Notes: a model not told the origin generated them from the sequence alone. DNA of 14,501 bases from Candidatus Bathyarchaeia archaeon (GCA_038883795.1 JAVZLK010000039.1:1-14501); one strand, 5' to 3'; shown: positions 1 through 7,264, counted from the first letter of the stretch. Made by a program: numbers and translations.

Positions 1-2
1 GC

Positions 3-152
3 ATAAAATCTCAACTCGCCATAATCTTCAACTACAAAAGCCTCGAAATAAGTCTATTCACCAACGGACGTATGCTAATAAAAAACGTAAAAAACGAAAA
101 AGAAGCCCTAAAAATTTACAAGGAAATCGCCAAAAAACTCGGAATAACCTAA
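3..152 (+). CDS. 3' end of a gene entering from the left, probably a ThiF/MoeB/HesA-family adenylyltransferase C-terminus
   Basis: Manual translation from base 3: IKSQLAIIFNYKSLEISLFTNGRMLIKNVKNEKEALKIYKEIAKKLGIT*, TAA at 150-152. The 'lF.nGR.li......eA...Y' pattern resembles C-terminal tails of ThiF/MoeB proteins (recalled, not searched). Confidence 0.55.
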   Translation: MKSQLAIIFNYKSLEISLFTNGRMLIKNVKNEKEALKIYKEIAKKLGIT

Positions 153-159
153 ATACATT

Positions 160-167
160 TTTATTAA
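160..167 (+). promoter_or_regulatory. Archaeal TATA box for tRNA-Cys
   Basis: TTTATTAA begins 29 nt upstream of the tRNA 5' end at 189. Confidence 0.55.
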
Positions 168-188
168 ACCTCAAAAATAATCTAAATC

Positions 189-261
189 GCCGGGGTGGCC
201 GAACGGTTCAGGCGGCTGCCTGCAGAGCAGCTATATGTGGGTTCAACTCCCACCCCCGGCT
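189..261 (+). tRNA. tRNA-Cys(GCA), intronless, CCA not encoded
   Basis: Acceptor stem GCCGGGG/CCCCGGC, anticodon arm GCTGC-CTGCAGA-GCAGC, T arm GTGGG-TTCAACT-CCCAC, discriminator U typical of tRNA-Cys. Confidence 0.97.
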
Positions 262-331
262 TTTAAGATAAACCTCGGCTTGGAACAGATTATATTTAGA
301 TACCGGAGAACTTTCACTTTTGGTTTGTAGA

Positions 332-417
332 CGGGCGGGGTGGGATTTGAACCCACGACCACAAGCTTTCTTCGCTGTTAGGAGGCTTGCGCCCTATCCG
401 TACTAGGCTACCCGCCC
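332..417 (-). tRNA. tRNA-Arg(CCT) with 11-nt intron at canonical position 37/38 (intron 368-378)
   Basis: Reverse complement: GGGCGGG..CAAGC-CT CCT A[ACAGCGAAGAA]A-GCTTG..GTGGG-TTCAAAT-CCCAC-CCCGCCC-G. Removing the intron gives a 75-nt cloverleaf. Confidence 0.93.
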
Positions 418-505
418 CAAACAATAAAATAAGTAAAATGCAGATTTTAACTTAATGCATTCCACAAAAGACTTAAACTGCACATCATCATCTCAAAATA
501 ACTGT

Positions 506-620
506 GCGGGGGTACCCGAGCCAGGTCTAAATAGGCAGTGGGCCAGAAAGCCTAAGATAAGGGGGAGGACTTAAGATCCTCTGGCGTAGGCCTCCGTGGG
601 TTCGAATCCCACCCCCCGCA
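506..620 (+). tRNA. tRNA-Leu(TAA) with 30-nt non-canonical D-arm intron (about 531-560)
   Basis: Acceptor GCGGGGG/CCCCCGC-A, anticodon arm GAGGA-CTTAAGA-TCCTC, long variable arm GGC-GTAG-GCC. The insert forms a BHB-like motif: GTCT/AGAT central helix, AAA and AAG bulges, TAGGC/GCCTA outer helix. Mature length 85 nt. Confidence 0.93.
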
Positions 621-726
621 CTTTATCGGTGTATTGAAGTTTTCATAGTGTCAGCTAGCTTTTCCAGTTTTTCTTCACGAAAACATTTTTATTATATCTG
701 ACGAAAGAAGAATTTAGGGCGCTCAT

Positions 727-1455
727 TTGGCTACAGAAACGAACGAATACGATGCAATATTCAAAGCGTTGAAACATCCGGTACGTCGCCAAATTCTGCT
801 TTTTCTTGAGCAGAAGGGTGAAGCGTCATTTACAGATATTCAGAATTCTGTAAGCATAAATGATACTGGCTTGATGAGCTATCATCTCGGAGAACTAGCA
901 CCTTTAGTTGAGCAAACTGCAAGAGGAAAATATCATCTTTCAGAAATAGGACAAACAAGCATAGCGCTCTTTCGGAAAGTTGAGCAGGAGAAACAGAGGA
1001 CAAGTACAGCGGTTCGCAAGGAACTTGGAAAGGCATTGGGTGAAATCGTTTTTCTTTTTCTTATCGTAGGCGTTACTCTAATGGCTCCATTGAGCGTCGG
1101 CATATATGTATCAGTTCAAAACTTGTATGCACCAACTCTGTCTTTTGTAGAGATGGTGGGCTTGTATTTGGTTGGGCTTTCTGGAATGACTTTTGGCGCA
1201 ATCCTGTTTGCCTTTTATGATCGTCACTATTTTTCAAAGAACTTGAAGACAAATGTTGTTCACTCAACAATTTTTGCCGTAGGCATATTATCCCTATTAA
1301 TTCCTTCCGCTTACGTGAATTATAGATTCGAAGAAGCATCATTATCAAACAACAGCAGCATAACATGGCTATTCATGATTTTGCATGCTGTTTCTTTACT
1401 AGTAAGCGCCCCAATTGTGTCATACACCATAGGTAAACTCACGAGAAGATACTAA
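727..1455 (+). CDS. ArsR-like winged-helix protein with C-terminal membrane domain (about 4 TM helices)
   Basis: N-terminal 'IFKALKHPVRRQILLFL..SFTDI..GLMSYHLGEL..GKYHLSEIG' is a typical wHTH, followed by four hydrophobic stretches. TTG start, with TATA-like TTTATTAT near 688-695. Confidence 0.85.
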   Translation: MATETNEYDAIFKALKHPVRRQILLFLEQKGEASFTDIQNSVSINDTGLMSYHLGELAPLVEQTARGKYHLSEIGQTSIALFRKVEQEKQRTSTAVRKELGKALGEIVFLFLIVGVTLMAPLSVGIYVSVQNLYAPTLSFVEMVGLYLVGLSGMTFGAILFAFYDRHYFSKNLKTNVVHSTIFAVGILSLLIPSAYVNYRFEEASLSNNSSITWLFMILHAVSLLVSAPIVSYTIGKLTRRY

Positions 1456-1555
1456 ATGCGTATTACGTCCATGTTGAATGTAAACTTACCCGTTGTTTCT
1501 GAAACCAAAATTCCGAGAATTTAAACCGAGTTTTATAAAAAAGAATATCAAAAGA

Positions 1556-1563
1556 TTTATATG
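1556..1563 (+). promoter_or_regulatory. TATA box of a probably leaderless integrase transcript
   Basis: TTTATATG preceded by purine-rich CAAAAGA (BRE-like), 30 nt before ATG 1586. No SD motif. Confidence 0.45.
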
Positions 1564-1585
1564 AAATGCAGTTTATACACAAATC

Positions 1586-3007
1586 ATGGAACCTAAAATA
1601 GAATTAGAAAACTTAGAGGATTATACGGAAATCAAAGGCTGGCTTTCAGGGAAAAGTCAAGGTTCAAAATTCAATTATCTCTCAGCAATGAAAGCCTTCA
1701 TAGAGTATACAAAGTTAACGCCAAAAGCAATGATAGATTTAGCAGAAGAAGATAGAAAGAAAAGTGTGAGAGAACAGGGAGAACCAGAGCGTAAGGTCAA
1801 AGCATTTTTCGAGTGGCTTCTAAACGAGTACACGCAGAAGAGCAGAGGCGTTGGCAGAAGAGAAAAAAAGAAAGCGAAGCAAAAAGGTGTAAGCAGAAAT
1901 TTAGCCGTAACCTACTGCAACGCCATAAGAAGTTTTTACAAAGCCAACGGCTTCCCATTAAATTTAAGGATACCTAAAGCAGCACCTAAGAAGGAGAATT
2001 TCAAGCTGATACTAAGAGTCCCAGAAGTTAAACGCTTAATCGATGTAGCAACTAATGTTAGAGATAGAGCAATAATTTTAACGCTATTTCAGAGCGGAAT
2101 GGGAGTATCTGAATTATGCAATTTAACATATGGAGATGTAGTAAAAGGATTAGAGGAAAACGAAGAACCATTGCACATACATTTAATTAGAAAGAAAGAG
2201 CTGGTGGAATACGATACTTTTCTGGGAAAAGACGCAATAGATGCTCTCAAATCCTATTTGGATGAAAGGCGGAGGAATGGAGAGATTTTGAAATACGATA
2301 CACCACTGTTTATCAAACGTTTCATAAAATCAAATAGCAAAAGCAAAGCCGAAAGGTTAACTCCAACACTAATCGAAGCAACCTTCAGAGCCTTAGCAGT
2401 AAAATCTGGACTTGTCTCACAGGAAAGGCTGGAGAGAGCAGACATTAACCCATGCAGGCCACATACACTGCGATCATCTTTCATCAGCATATTGAAAACG
2501 GCTGGATGCCCAAACGTAGCTGTTGAATACATGGTTGGCCATGCTGTTCCAGACACGGAGAAGGCGTACTGGCAAGTTAGAGTTGAAGAGCTTAAAAACT
2601 TGTATAAGAAGTATGAAAAGCACATTAGCATTAGCGGTATGATAGACACGGAAAAGCTTGAGACATTGGAGCAAGATGCAAAAAGGAAATCTGAATTAAT
2701 CGAAGTTCTACTAGAAAACGGAAAATTAAAAGACCAAAAAATCAGTGAATTAACTCAAACATTGGATCAAATCAAAAATCAGTTAAACTATCTTGATTCA
2801 GAGCTAGACTTTCACAGGATGGAACAGATTGCACGGTTTGTAAGGGCTAAGGCACCAACAGAGCAGGAATTGCAAGAATTTCTAAACAGAAAAGGCCTAA
2901 GCCCAGCCATGCTTAAAAGAGAAGAATTAGCATGTATATCCTATGATAGCAAAAACAACAGATGGATATATCAAGAAGACTCAGATACTTACGGGATGGC
3001 CTACTAA
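1586..3007 (+). CDS. Tyrosine recombinase/integrase with C-terminal coiled-coil extension
   Basis: Box I 'RDRAIILTLFQSGMGVSELCNL', H293-T-L-R296, MVGH319 and nucleophile Y328. Heptad-like tail after about residue 350. Confidence 0.92.
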   Translation: MEPKIELENLEDYTEIKGWLSGKSQGSKFNYLSAMKAFIEYTKLTPKAMIDLAEEDRKKSVREQGEPERKVKAFFEWLLNEYTQKSRGVGRREKKKAKQKGVSRNLAVTYCNAIRSFYKANGFPLNLRIPKAAPKKENFKLILRVPEVKRLIDVATNVRDRAIILTLFQSGMGVSELCNLTYGDVVKGLEENEEPLHIHLIRKKELVEYDTFLGKDAIDALKSYLDERRRNGEILKYDTPLFIKRFIKSNSKSKAERLTPTLIEATFRALAVKSGLVSQERLERADINPCRPHTLRSSFISILKTAGCPNVAVEYMVGHAVPDTEKAYWQVRVEELKNLYKKYEKHISISGMIDTEKLETLEQDAKRKSELIEVLLENGKLKDQKISELTQTLDQIKNQLNYLDSELDFHRMEQIARFVRAKAPTEQELQEFLNRKGLSPAMLKREELACISYDSKNNRWIYQEDSDTYGMAY

Positions 3008-3271
3008 AAATATACCTAATGTTGAATCTACACTATTAACAAGTTAAATCCTGTTGCAGTTTCGTGTAAGATTATATTAGTCATATGTGAAAAGTTTATC
3101 TTTACGTTTAAATTAATATCGTGAAAAAATAATAACCGAAATTTAAACGGAACATGGTACTTTTAACCTCTGAAGACGCTATTTTTGGTTATCTTCCTAG
3201 AAATTTGGTGCGCTTTCGCAGTAGAGCAACTATATGAATGAGCCTTGGAATATTCAAAGTGAGGTGAGAAA

Positions 3272-3871
3272 ATGCAAGAAGTTATTGAAAACCAAAATGA
3301 AACAAATAATATACTTCACGAAGAGTATACGAAGGTCAAAACTACTGGTGGTATCCCTAGCAGCAGAAATTTAAGATACACAGAGAACCTATACGCTCAA
3401 ATCAAAGCTATTCAAAGGGTTTTCGGCATTGCAAGCGAACAGAAGATTATTGAAGAAGCTGTGGGTGTCTTATACAAGCTACTGGTGGGCGTCGCCCCCA
3501 GCGAAATAGTAAAACAGGTTAAAAGACAGATAGACAGAGAGCAGAAATTACAACGGTTACAAAAAATACTCGCACAACTCAAGAGATTTCACAGCAAGAA
3601 GGAGACCGTATATCCCGAGTTCTATAAAATAGGCGATTTTGACTGGGTGAAACATTTAGAGGATTTACAAATGCTAGAGAAAGCATTGCGGTTGAACCTT
3701 GATGAACCAATTGTCATGCCAGACTTCTCTGATTTGGAATTTTTCGAATACAAATATAGGATTGTTGGATACGAGCCACTAAAAAGTTATGAAGGAAAAC
3801 TAGCGTTAATTAATGAAGAAATTCGCCTAGTTGAAGAAGTCATTGAGATTCTGCGGGATTTAAGTACCTAG
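3272..3871 (+). CDS. Hypothetical protein with a possible N-terminal ribbon-helix-helix DNA-binding fold
   Basis: SD GAGGTGA upstream. 'SRNLRY-TENLYAQIKAIQRVFG-IASEQKIIEEAV' fits a strand-helix-Gly-helix RHH pattern. Confidence 0.7.
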   Translation: MQEVIENQNETNNILHEEYTKVKTTGGIPSSRNLRYTENLYAQIKAIQRVFGIASEQKIIEEAVGVLYKLLVGVAPSEIVKQVKRQIDREQKLQRLQKILAQLKRFHSKKETVYPEFYKIGDFDWVKHLEDLQMLEKALRLNLDEPIVMPDFSDLEFFEYKYRIVGYEPLKSYEGKLALINEEIRLVEEVIEILRDLST

Positions 3872-3890
3872 GTACCGGTACCATGGTGCC
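3864..3890. repeat. Cluster of overlapping palindromes built from four GT(A/G)CC units
   Basis: GTACCTAGGTAC (3864-3875), GGTACCGGTACC (3871-3882) and ACCATGGT (3880-3887) are all perfect palindromes. Confidence 0.85.
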
Positions 3891-4088
3891 GCCTTCCCTT
3901 TTTTCATTTGGCGAAAAAGTAAATGCAATAACCATAGAACAGAACCAAAGCTTTTCCATCACATATTTTTAAATAATAAGCGAGAATTTGGCTTGTATAA
4001 GGAAAATAAGGCTGTAATAAGCTTTATATAGTTAGTGGTCTATGATACATTTAAGCACTATTTGTGTCTTATACGGGGTTTTTATCCC

Positions 4089-4319
4089 ATGCCGTTGTTG
4101 AAGAAAGTGATGGATATAAATGGTTCGACTGTGGTTGTATTGCCCAAACAGTATACAGATGCCTTTGAAAAGATACACGGAGTAAAACTAAAGCAGGTAT
4201 TGATGGAAGTGAACAATGAAATCGTCATTAAGCCATATATTCCGCCAACAAAACCTGTAGAAGCGCATCTAAAGGAAAAGGAACCAATAGAAATAGGGGA
4301 AATCGAAGAGGTTTTCTGA
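4089..4319 (+). CDS. AbrB/MazE/SpoVT-family DNA-binding protein; start revised from GTG 4035 to ATG 4089
   Basis: MPLLKKVMDINGSTVVVLPKQY...VLMEVNNEIVIKP matches the swapped-hairpin pattern 'K....G.S..V.LPK...i.ikP'. Confidence 0.78.
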   Translation: MPLLKKVMDINGSTVVVLPKQYTDAFEKIHGVKLKQVLMEVNNEIVIKPYIPPTKPVEAHLKEKEPIEIGEIEEVF

Positions 4320-4583
4320 ATGTCAAAATCGAAAATAGGAAAGGACGTTACAGAAAGGAGAGTAGCTATAATCTCAAGTCCTAAGGAAAGCAAAGAATTC
4401 GAAGAATGGAAACAAGCAAGAGAGGAAGAAAGGGAAGAGAATCCAAAATCTGAAGTGGAAATTAAATCAGAGGTTCCAATGGAAAAAGAGCCCAGTGCCG
4501 ATGAGGAAAGTAGAGAGTATGCAAAGTTAGCCGAGGAAATGGCACAAGCAAAACTTAAAGCTTCTAAGGGCGTTGAGAAGTAG
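4320..4583 (+). CDS. Small highly charged (Glu/Lys-rich) hypothetical protein
   Basis: ATG directly follows the AbrB TGA and has GAGG upstream. Composition is protein-like. Confidence 0.7.
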   Translation: MSKSKIGKDVTERRVAIISSPKESKEFEEWKQAREEEREENPKSEVEIKSEVPMEKEPSADEESREYAKLAEEMAQAKLKASKGVEK

Positions 4584-4630
4584 CCAATTCGACTACTTCC
4601 AACAAAGCCTCAGATAAATGATGACGGGGC

Positions 4631-4697
4631 GGTCTAACAACCTCAGCCTCTTAGACCCCTAAAAGGATGATTTGAAGGTTGTGGGGTTAGTTAGACC
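4631..4697. repeat. Intergenic inverted repeat with one GGTCTAA and two TTAGACC copies
   Basis: GGTCTAA 4631-4637; TTAGACC 4651-4657 and 4691-4697. Extended pairing GGTCTAAC-AACCTCA / TGGGGTT-A-GTTAGACC. Confidence 0.75.
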
Positions 4698-4721
4698 TTA
4701 TGGGAAAAGTGAATATAAAAA

Positions 4722-5063
4722 ATGCCAGGTGAAAATGAAGGACAGGAAAAAGAAGCCAACACGAATCCACTGATAGATGCCGTTTTTAAACCACCATTAG
4801 CCGCCGTTTATGTCCATAGCTGTAGTCGAAGAGTATTATCATACATCGTGCTCGGCATTGAGCGAAACCTGGGTAAAGAAAACGTTCAGGTGCTGCCGCC
4901 GTATTTCAACGAGAAACGGCAAAGCTGGGGCATTCAAGTCATAGTCAAAAAATTCCCGAGAATATTAACCGATTCTAAATACGTTGCCATTAGAGAAGCC
5001 TTAGCCACCAGAAGAACCGCCAATGGATTCGGAGATGTAACCTATGTGTCCAATAGCAGTTAA
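4722..5063 (+). CDS. Hypothetical protein
   Basis: 113-aa ATG ORF co-oriented with and slightly overlapping parB. No family recognised. Confidence 0.6.
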   Translation: MPGENEGQEKEANTNPLIDAVFKPPLAAVYVHSCSRRVLSYIVLGIERNLGKENVQVLPPYFNEKRQSWGIQVIVKKFPRILTDSKYVAIREALATRRTANGFGDVTYVSNSS

Positions 5064-6429
5064 GCCAAGAAAGGAGGAACAAAAGGACAAGGATTTTACC
5101 AGTGAACCTGATATACAGCACATGAATCCATCCTTTACCGGTAAAGGATCATTAACTTTTAAATCCGAGAATCCATCGACCAATCCATCCTTTACCAGTT
5201 GTCCGGAGACACAACCAAAGGAAACGGAATTTACCGGTAAATTGGAAACACAAGCAGAGAAAAAGGATTTAACTAAAATAATACCAGACTTTGAACAGAT
5301 TGATAAAACATTTGAGTACGACCTTAAAACGGAGTTAAGTCAAAGAAGGAGGCGTGTTTACAGCGTACCCATAGAGTTCCTTGAACCGTTAAAAAACTTA
5401 ACACCAAGAAGGCATAGTGAAGAAAAAATAAACCTGCTTGCAGAAAGCATAAAGAAGACAGGCGTTTTACACAACCTTATAGTGACTATTCCATGGTGGG
5501 AAAACAGAGAAACAATTGATAAACTTTCAATAGTATGTGGAGTTGGTAGATTCTTAGCGGCACAAAAAGTAGGATTAAAGAGCTTAACGGTTGAGTTGAT
5601 TGTGTTGAGAGACCTTGATGAAGCATATTTGCTATCGGTTACGGAAAACTTGGAAAGGACAGAGCTAAGTAAAATCGAAGAAGCGGATTTTTACATTGAT
5701 TGGATAAATAAAGCAAATGTGCCATTGAGAGACATAGCCCCTAAAATTCATAGGTCAGAGTCTTATATCTATAACATAATTCGACTGAAATCTTTACCGG
5801 TAAAGATTCAAGAATGTATTCATAACGGAGACATACCATATTCTTTTGGACTCTCTCTGCTTGAGATTAAAGACCCAAATCAACAATTAGAGCTTGCCAA
5901 ATTAGTCATAGAGGACAAACTAACAAGAGCGCAATTAGAAGCTAAAATTAGAGAGGTTAAAGGTCAACAAACGTTGGCAAGTATGAAGTTAGAAGTAGAA
6001 AAGCCCCAGCAGGAACAAACAAAAACACAAGAGCCGTCACCGATTCAAAAAGCATTAAGCAAACCATTCATTAAACAACCAGCTAGGGAAATAGAAAAAA
6101 TAACAGAAACAAGAAAATATGCGGAGCCAGATTGGTGGCTTTATAATTGGAAACGGAAGTTTGAGAATTGTGAATATCAGAGTGACTGTGGATTATGCCA
6201 CCTTTACAATGAATGCCATAGTATGCTTGTAGAAAACATCAGAAAATTTGGAACACCACCAAAAGAACATTGGAAGCTTATCAGGTTCCTATATGAGACA
6301 GCGAGACTAAGTAAAGACCTTGACCTGATGGATAAAATTAAGGCGTTGGAACAAGCAGGATTTGATAGTGCTGAAATAAAACAAGAGATTCAGGAAAGAG
6401 ATAAGAAGATTTTTGGAAAGCCAGAGTGA
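5044..6429 (+). CDS. parB: ParB/Spo0J-family partition protein with N-terminal repeat region and C-terminal Cys4 motif; start uncertain
   Basis: 'PRR..EEKINLLAESIKKTGVLHNLIV', GxxRxxA (G166-V-G-R169-FLA), 'ENLERTELSKIEEA' (ENLQR-like) and HTH 'LRDIAPKIHRSESYIYNIIRLKSLP'. Confidence 0.9.
   Translation: MCPIAVKPRKEEQKDKDFTSEPDIQHMNPSFTGKGSLTFKSENPSTNPSFTSCPETQPKETEFTGKLETQAEKKDLTKIIPDFEQIDKTFEYDLKTELSQRRRRVYSVPIEFLEPLKNLTPRRHSEEKINLLAESIKKTGVLHNLIVTIPWWENRETIDKLSIVCGVGRFLAAQKVGLKSLTVELIVLRDLDEAYLLSVTENLERTELSKIEEADFYIDWINKANVPLRDIAPKIHRSESYIYNIIRLKSLPVKIQECIHNGDIPYSFGLSLLEIKDPNQQLELAKLVIEDKLTRAQLEAKIREVKGQQTLASMKLEVEKPQQEQTKTQEPSPIQKALSKPFIKQPAREIEKITETRKYAEPDWWLYNWKRKFENCEYQSDCGLCHLYNECHSMLVENIRKFGTPPKEHWKLIRFLYETARLSKDLDLMDKIKALEQAGFDSAEIKQEIQERDKKIFGKPE
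5095..5804. repeat. Repeated palindrome TTTACCGGTAAA, a candidate parS
   Basis: Perfect copies at 5134-5145, 5230-5241 and 5793-5804. Degenerate copies TTTACCAGTGAA 5095-5106 and TTTACCAGT 5191-5199. Confidence 0.85.
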
Positions 6430-6459
6430 AAGAAACCATGGAAATCTCTAAAAATCCCC

Positions 6460-6481
6460 TTTTTTATTTTTTTAGTTTTTT
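6460..6481 (+). terminator. Oligo-T tract, probable archaeal terminator after parB
   Basis: Three consecutive runs of 6-7 T starting about 30 nt after the parB stop. Confidence 0.55.
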
Positions 6482-6775
6482 AGCCTATTCCGTGCAATTA
6501 ATTTCACACCATCATACTAAGGATGTTGGAGAAGTATCCCAAGAAGAAATAGGTGTTATTGGCTGAATTTTTTAATGGCTACATATAAAATTTTGGTACA
6601 TCACCATAATCTTCATCAACACAACATAGCCGAATTGCCTGCCGCCGGCATTTTAGATTACATACAGCCAAGTTTTTCAAGGCCTGTTTAACAATGAAAA
6701 GGTGGAAATCAGATATACGAAAGAATTTCAACATCCCTGAAAACTACTCGGAAACTACTATAAGGAGGAAACGAA

Positions 6776-7264
6776 ATGGAAGAAACATATTATAATATGG
6801 AAATAAATAAAGCAAGCCTTAAAGCAATCTCAAGGCGTAAGTATGCAGTGAAAATACTCAAATTTCTATCGGAAAATGATGATGAAGCATTTTATCTATC
6901 AGAATTGGCTAAGCAATTGAATATTTGCGATGTTGTTGTGCGTCAAAACATGGATAAACTCGAAGCAGCAGGACTTGTCAGGCGAACTCAAGGCAACCCC
7001 ATTCAAAGAAATATTGTATATTATGAGGTTAAAAATAAAGATGCTGCAATGTATGTAATTGAAAAGTTTAGGCGTTACGTTGGCTTTCAGTTGGCAAGGC
7101 ATGTTACGGAAAGGAAAACGGAGCAACAATTAAGAAAAGATATTGAAGTAGACTGTAAGCGGTTTAAAATTAGCGTGGATGAAGGCATTCAATGTTTAAA
7201 CTTATGTCCGTCAATTGCTAAAGAAAGGCAGTATGATACAACAATTTACTATAGGAAGCCATAA
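6776..7264 (+). CDS. ArsR-like winged-helix DNA-binding protein with C-terminal extension
   Basis: SD AGGAGG. 'ILKFL..FYLSELAKQLNICDVVVRQNMDKLEAAGLVRR..VYYEV' is a wHTH. Confidence 0.85.
   Translation: MEETYYNMEINKASLKAISRRKYAVKILKFLSENDDEAFYLSELAKQLNICDVVVRQNMDKLEAAGLVRRTQGNPIQRNIVYYEVKNKDAAMYVIEKFRRYVGFQLARHVTERKTEQQLRKDIEVDCKRFKISVDEGIQCLNLCPSIAKERQYDTTIYYRKP

Noticed and set aside
237-356. Apparent inverted repeat between GTGGGTTCAACTCCCACCCC and GGGGTGGGATTTGAACCCAC
   Set aside because: These are the conserved T arms of two convergent tRNAs, not transposon ends.
830-2674. Minus-strand ORFs 830-1036, 1073-1366, 2254-2649 and 2474-2674
   Set aside because: Antisense shadows of well-supported genes, with no motifs.
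1513-3150. Similar CCGA(G)AATTTAAAC motifs at about 1513-1527 and 3136-3148 as a shared operator
   Set aside because: Adequately explained as BRE/TATA-like AT-rich promoter sequence.
3867-3886. Polylinker-like run of AvrII, KpnI, AgeI, KpnI and NcoI sites as vector contamination
   Set aside because: No vector sequence nearby. It is continuous with a native ORF end and shares its core with the parB palindromes.
4035-4088. GTG 4035 as the start of the AbrB-like gene
   Set aside because: The domain begins at MPLLKK (ATG 4089), and the extension contains TATA-like sequence.
5095-5241. Repeats as a possible mini-CRISPR array
   Set aside because: The conserved unit is only 9-12 bp, spacing alternates 39/57, it lies in an open frame, and there are no cas genes.
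6430-6775. Short ORFs in the parB-wHTH intergenic gap (for example 38 aa from ATG 6575)
   Set aside because: No convincing SD, motif or coding signal.
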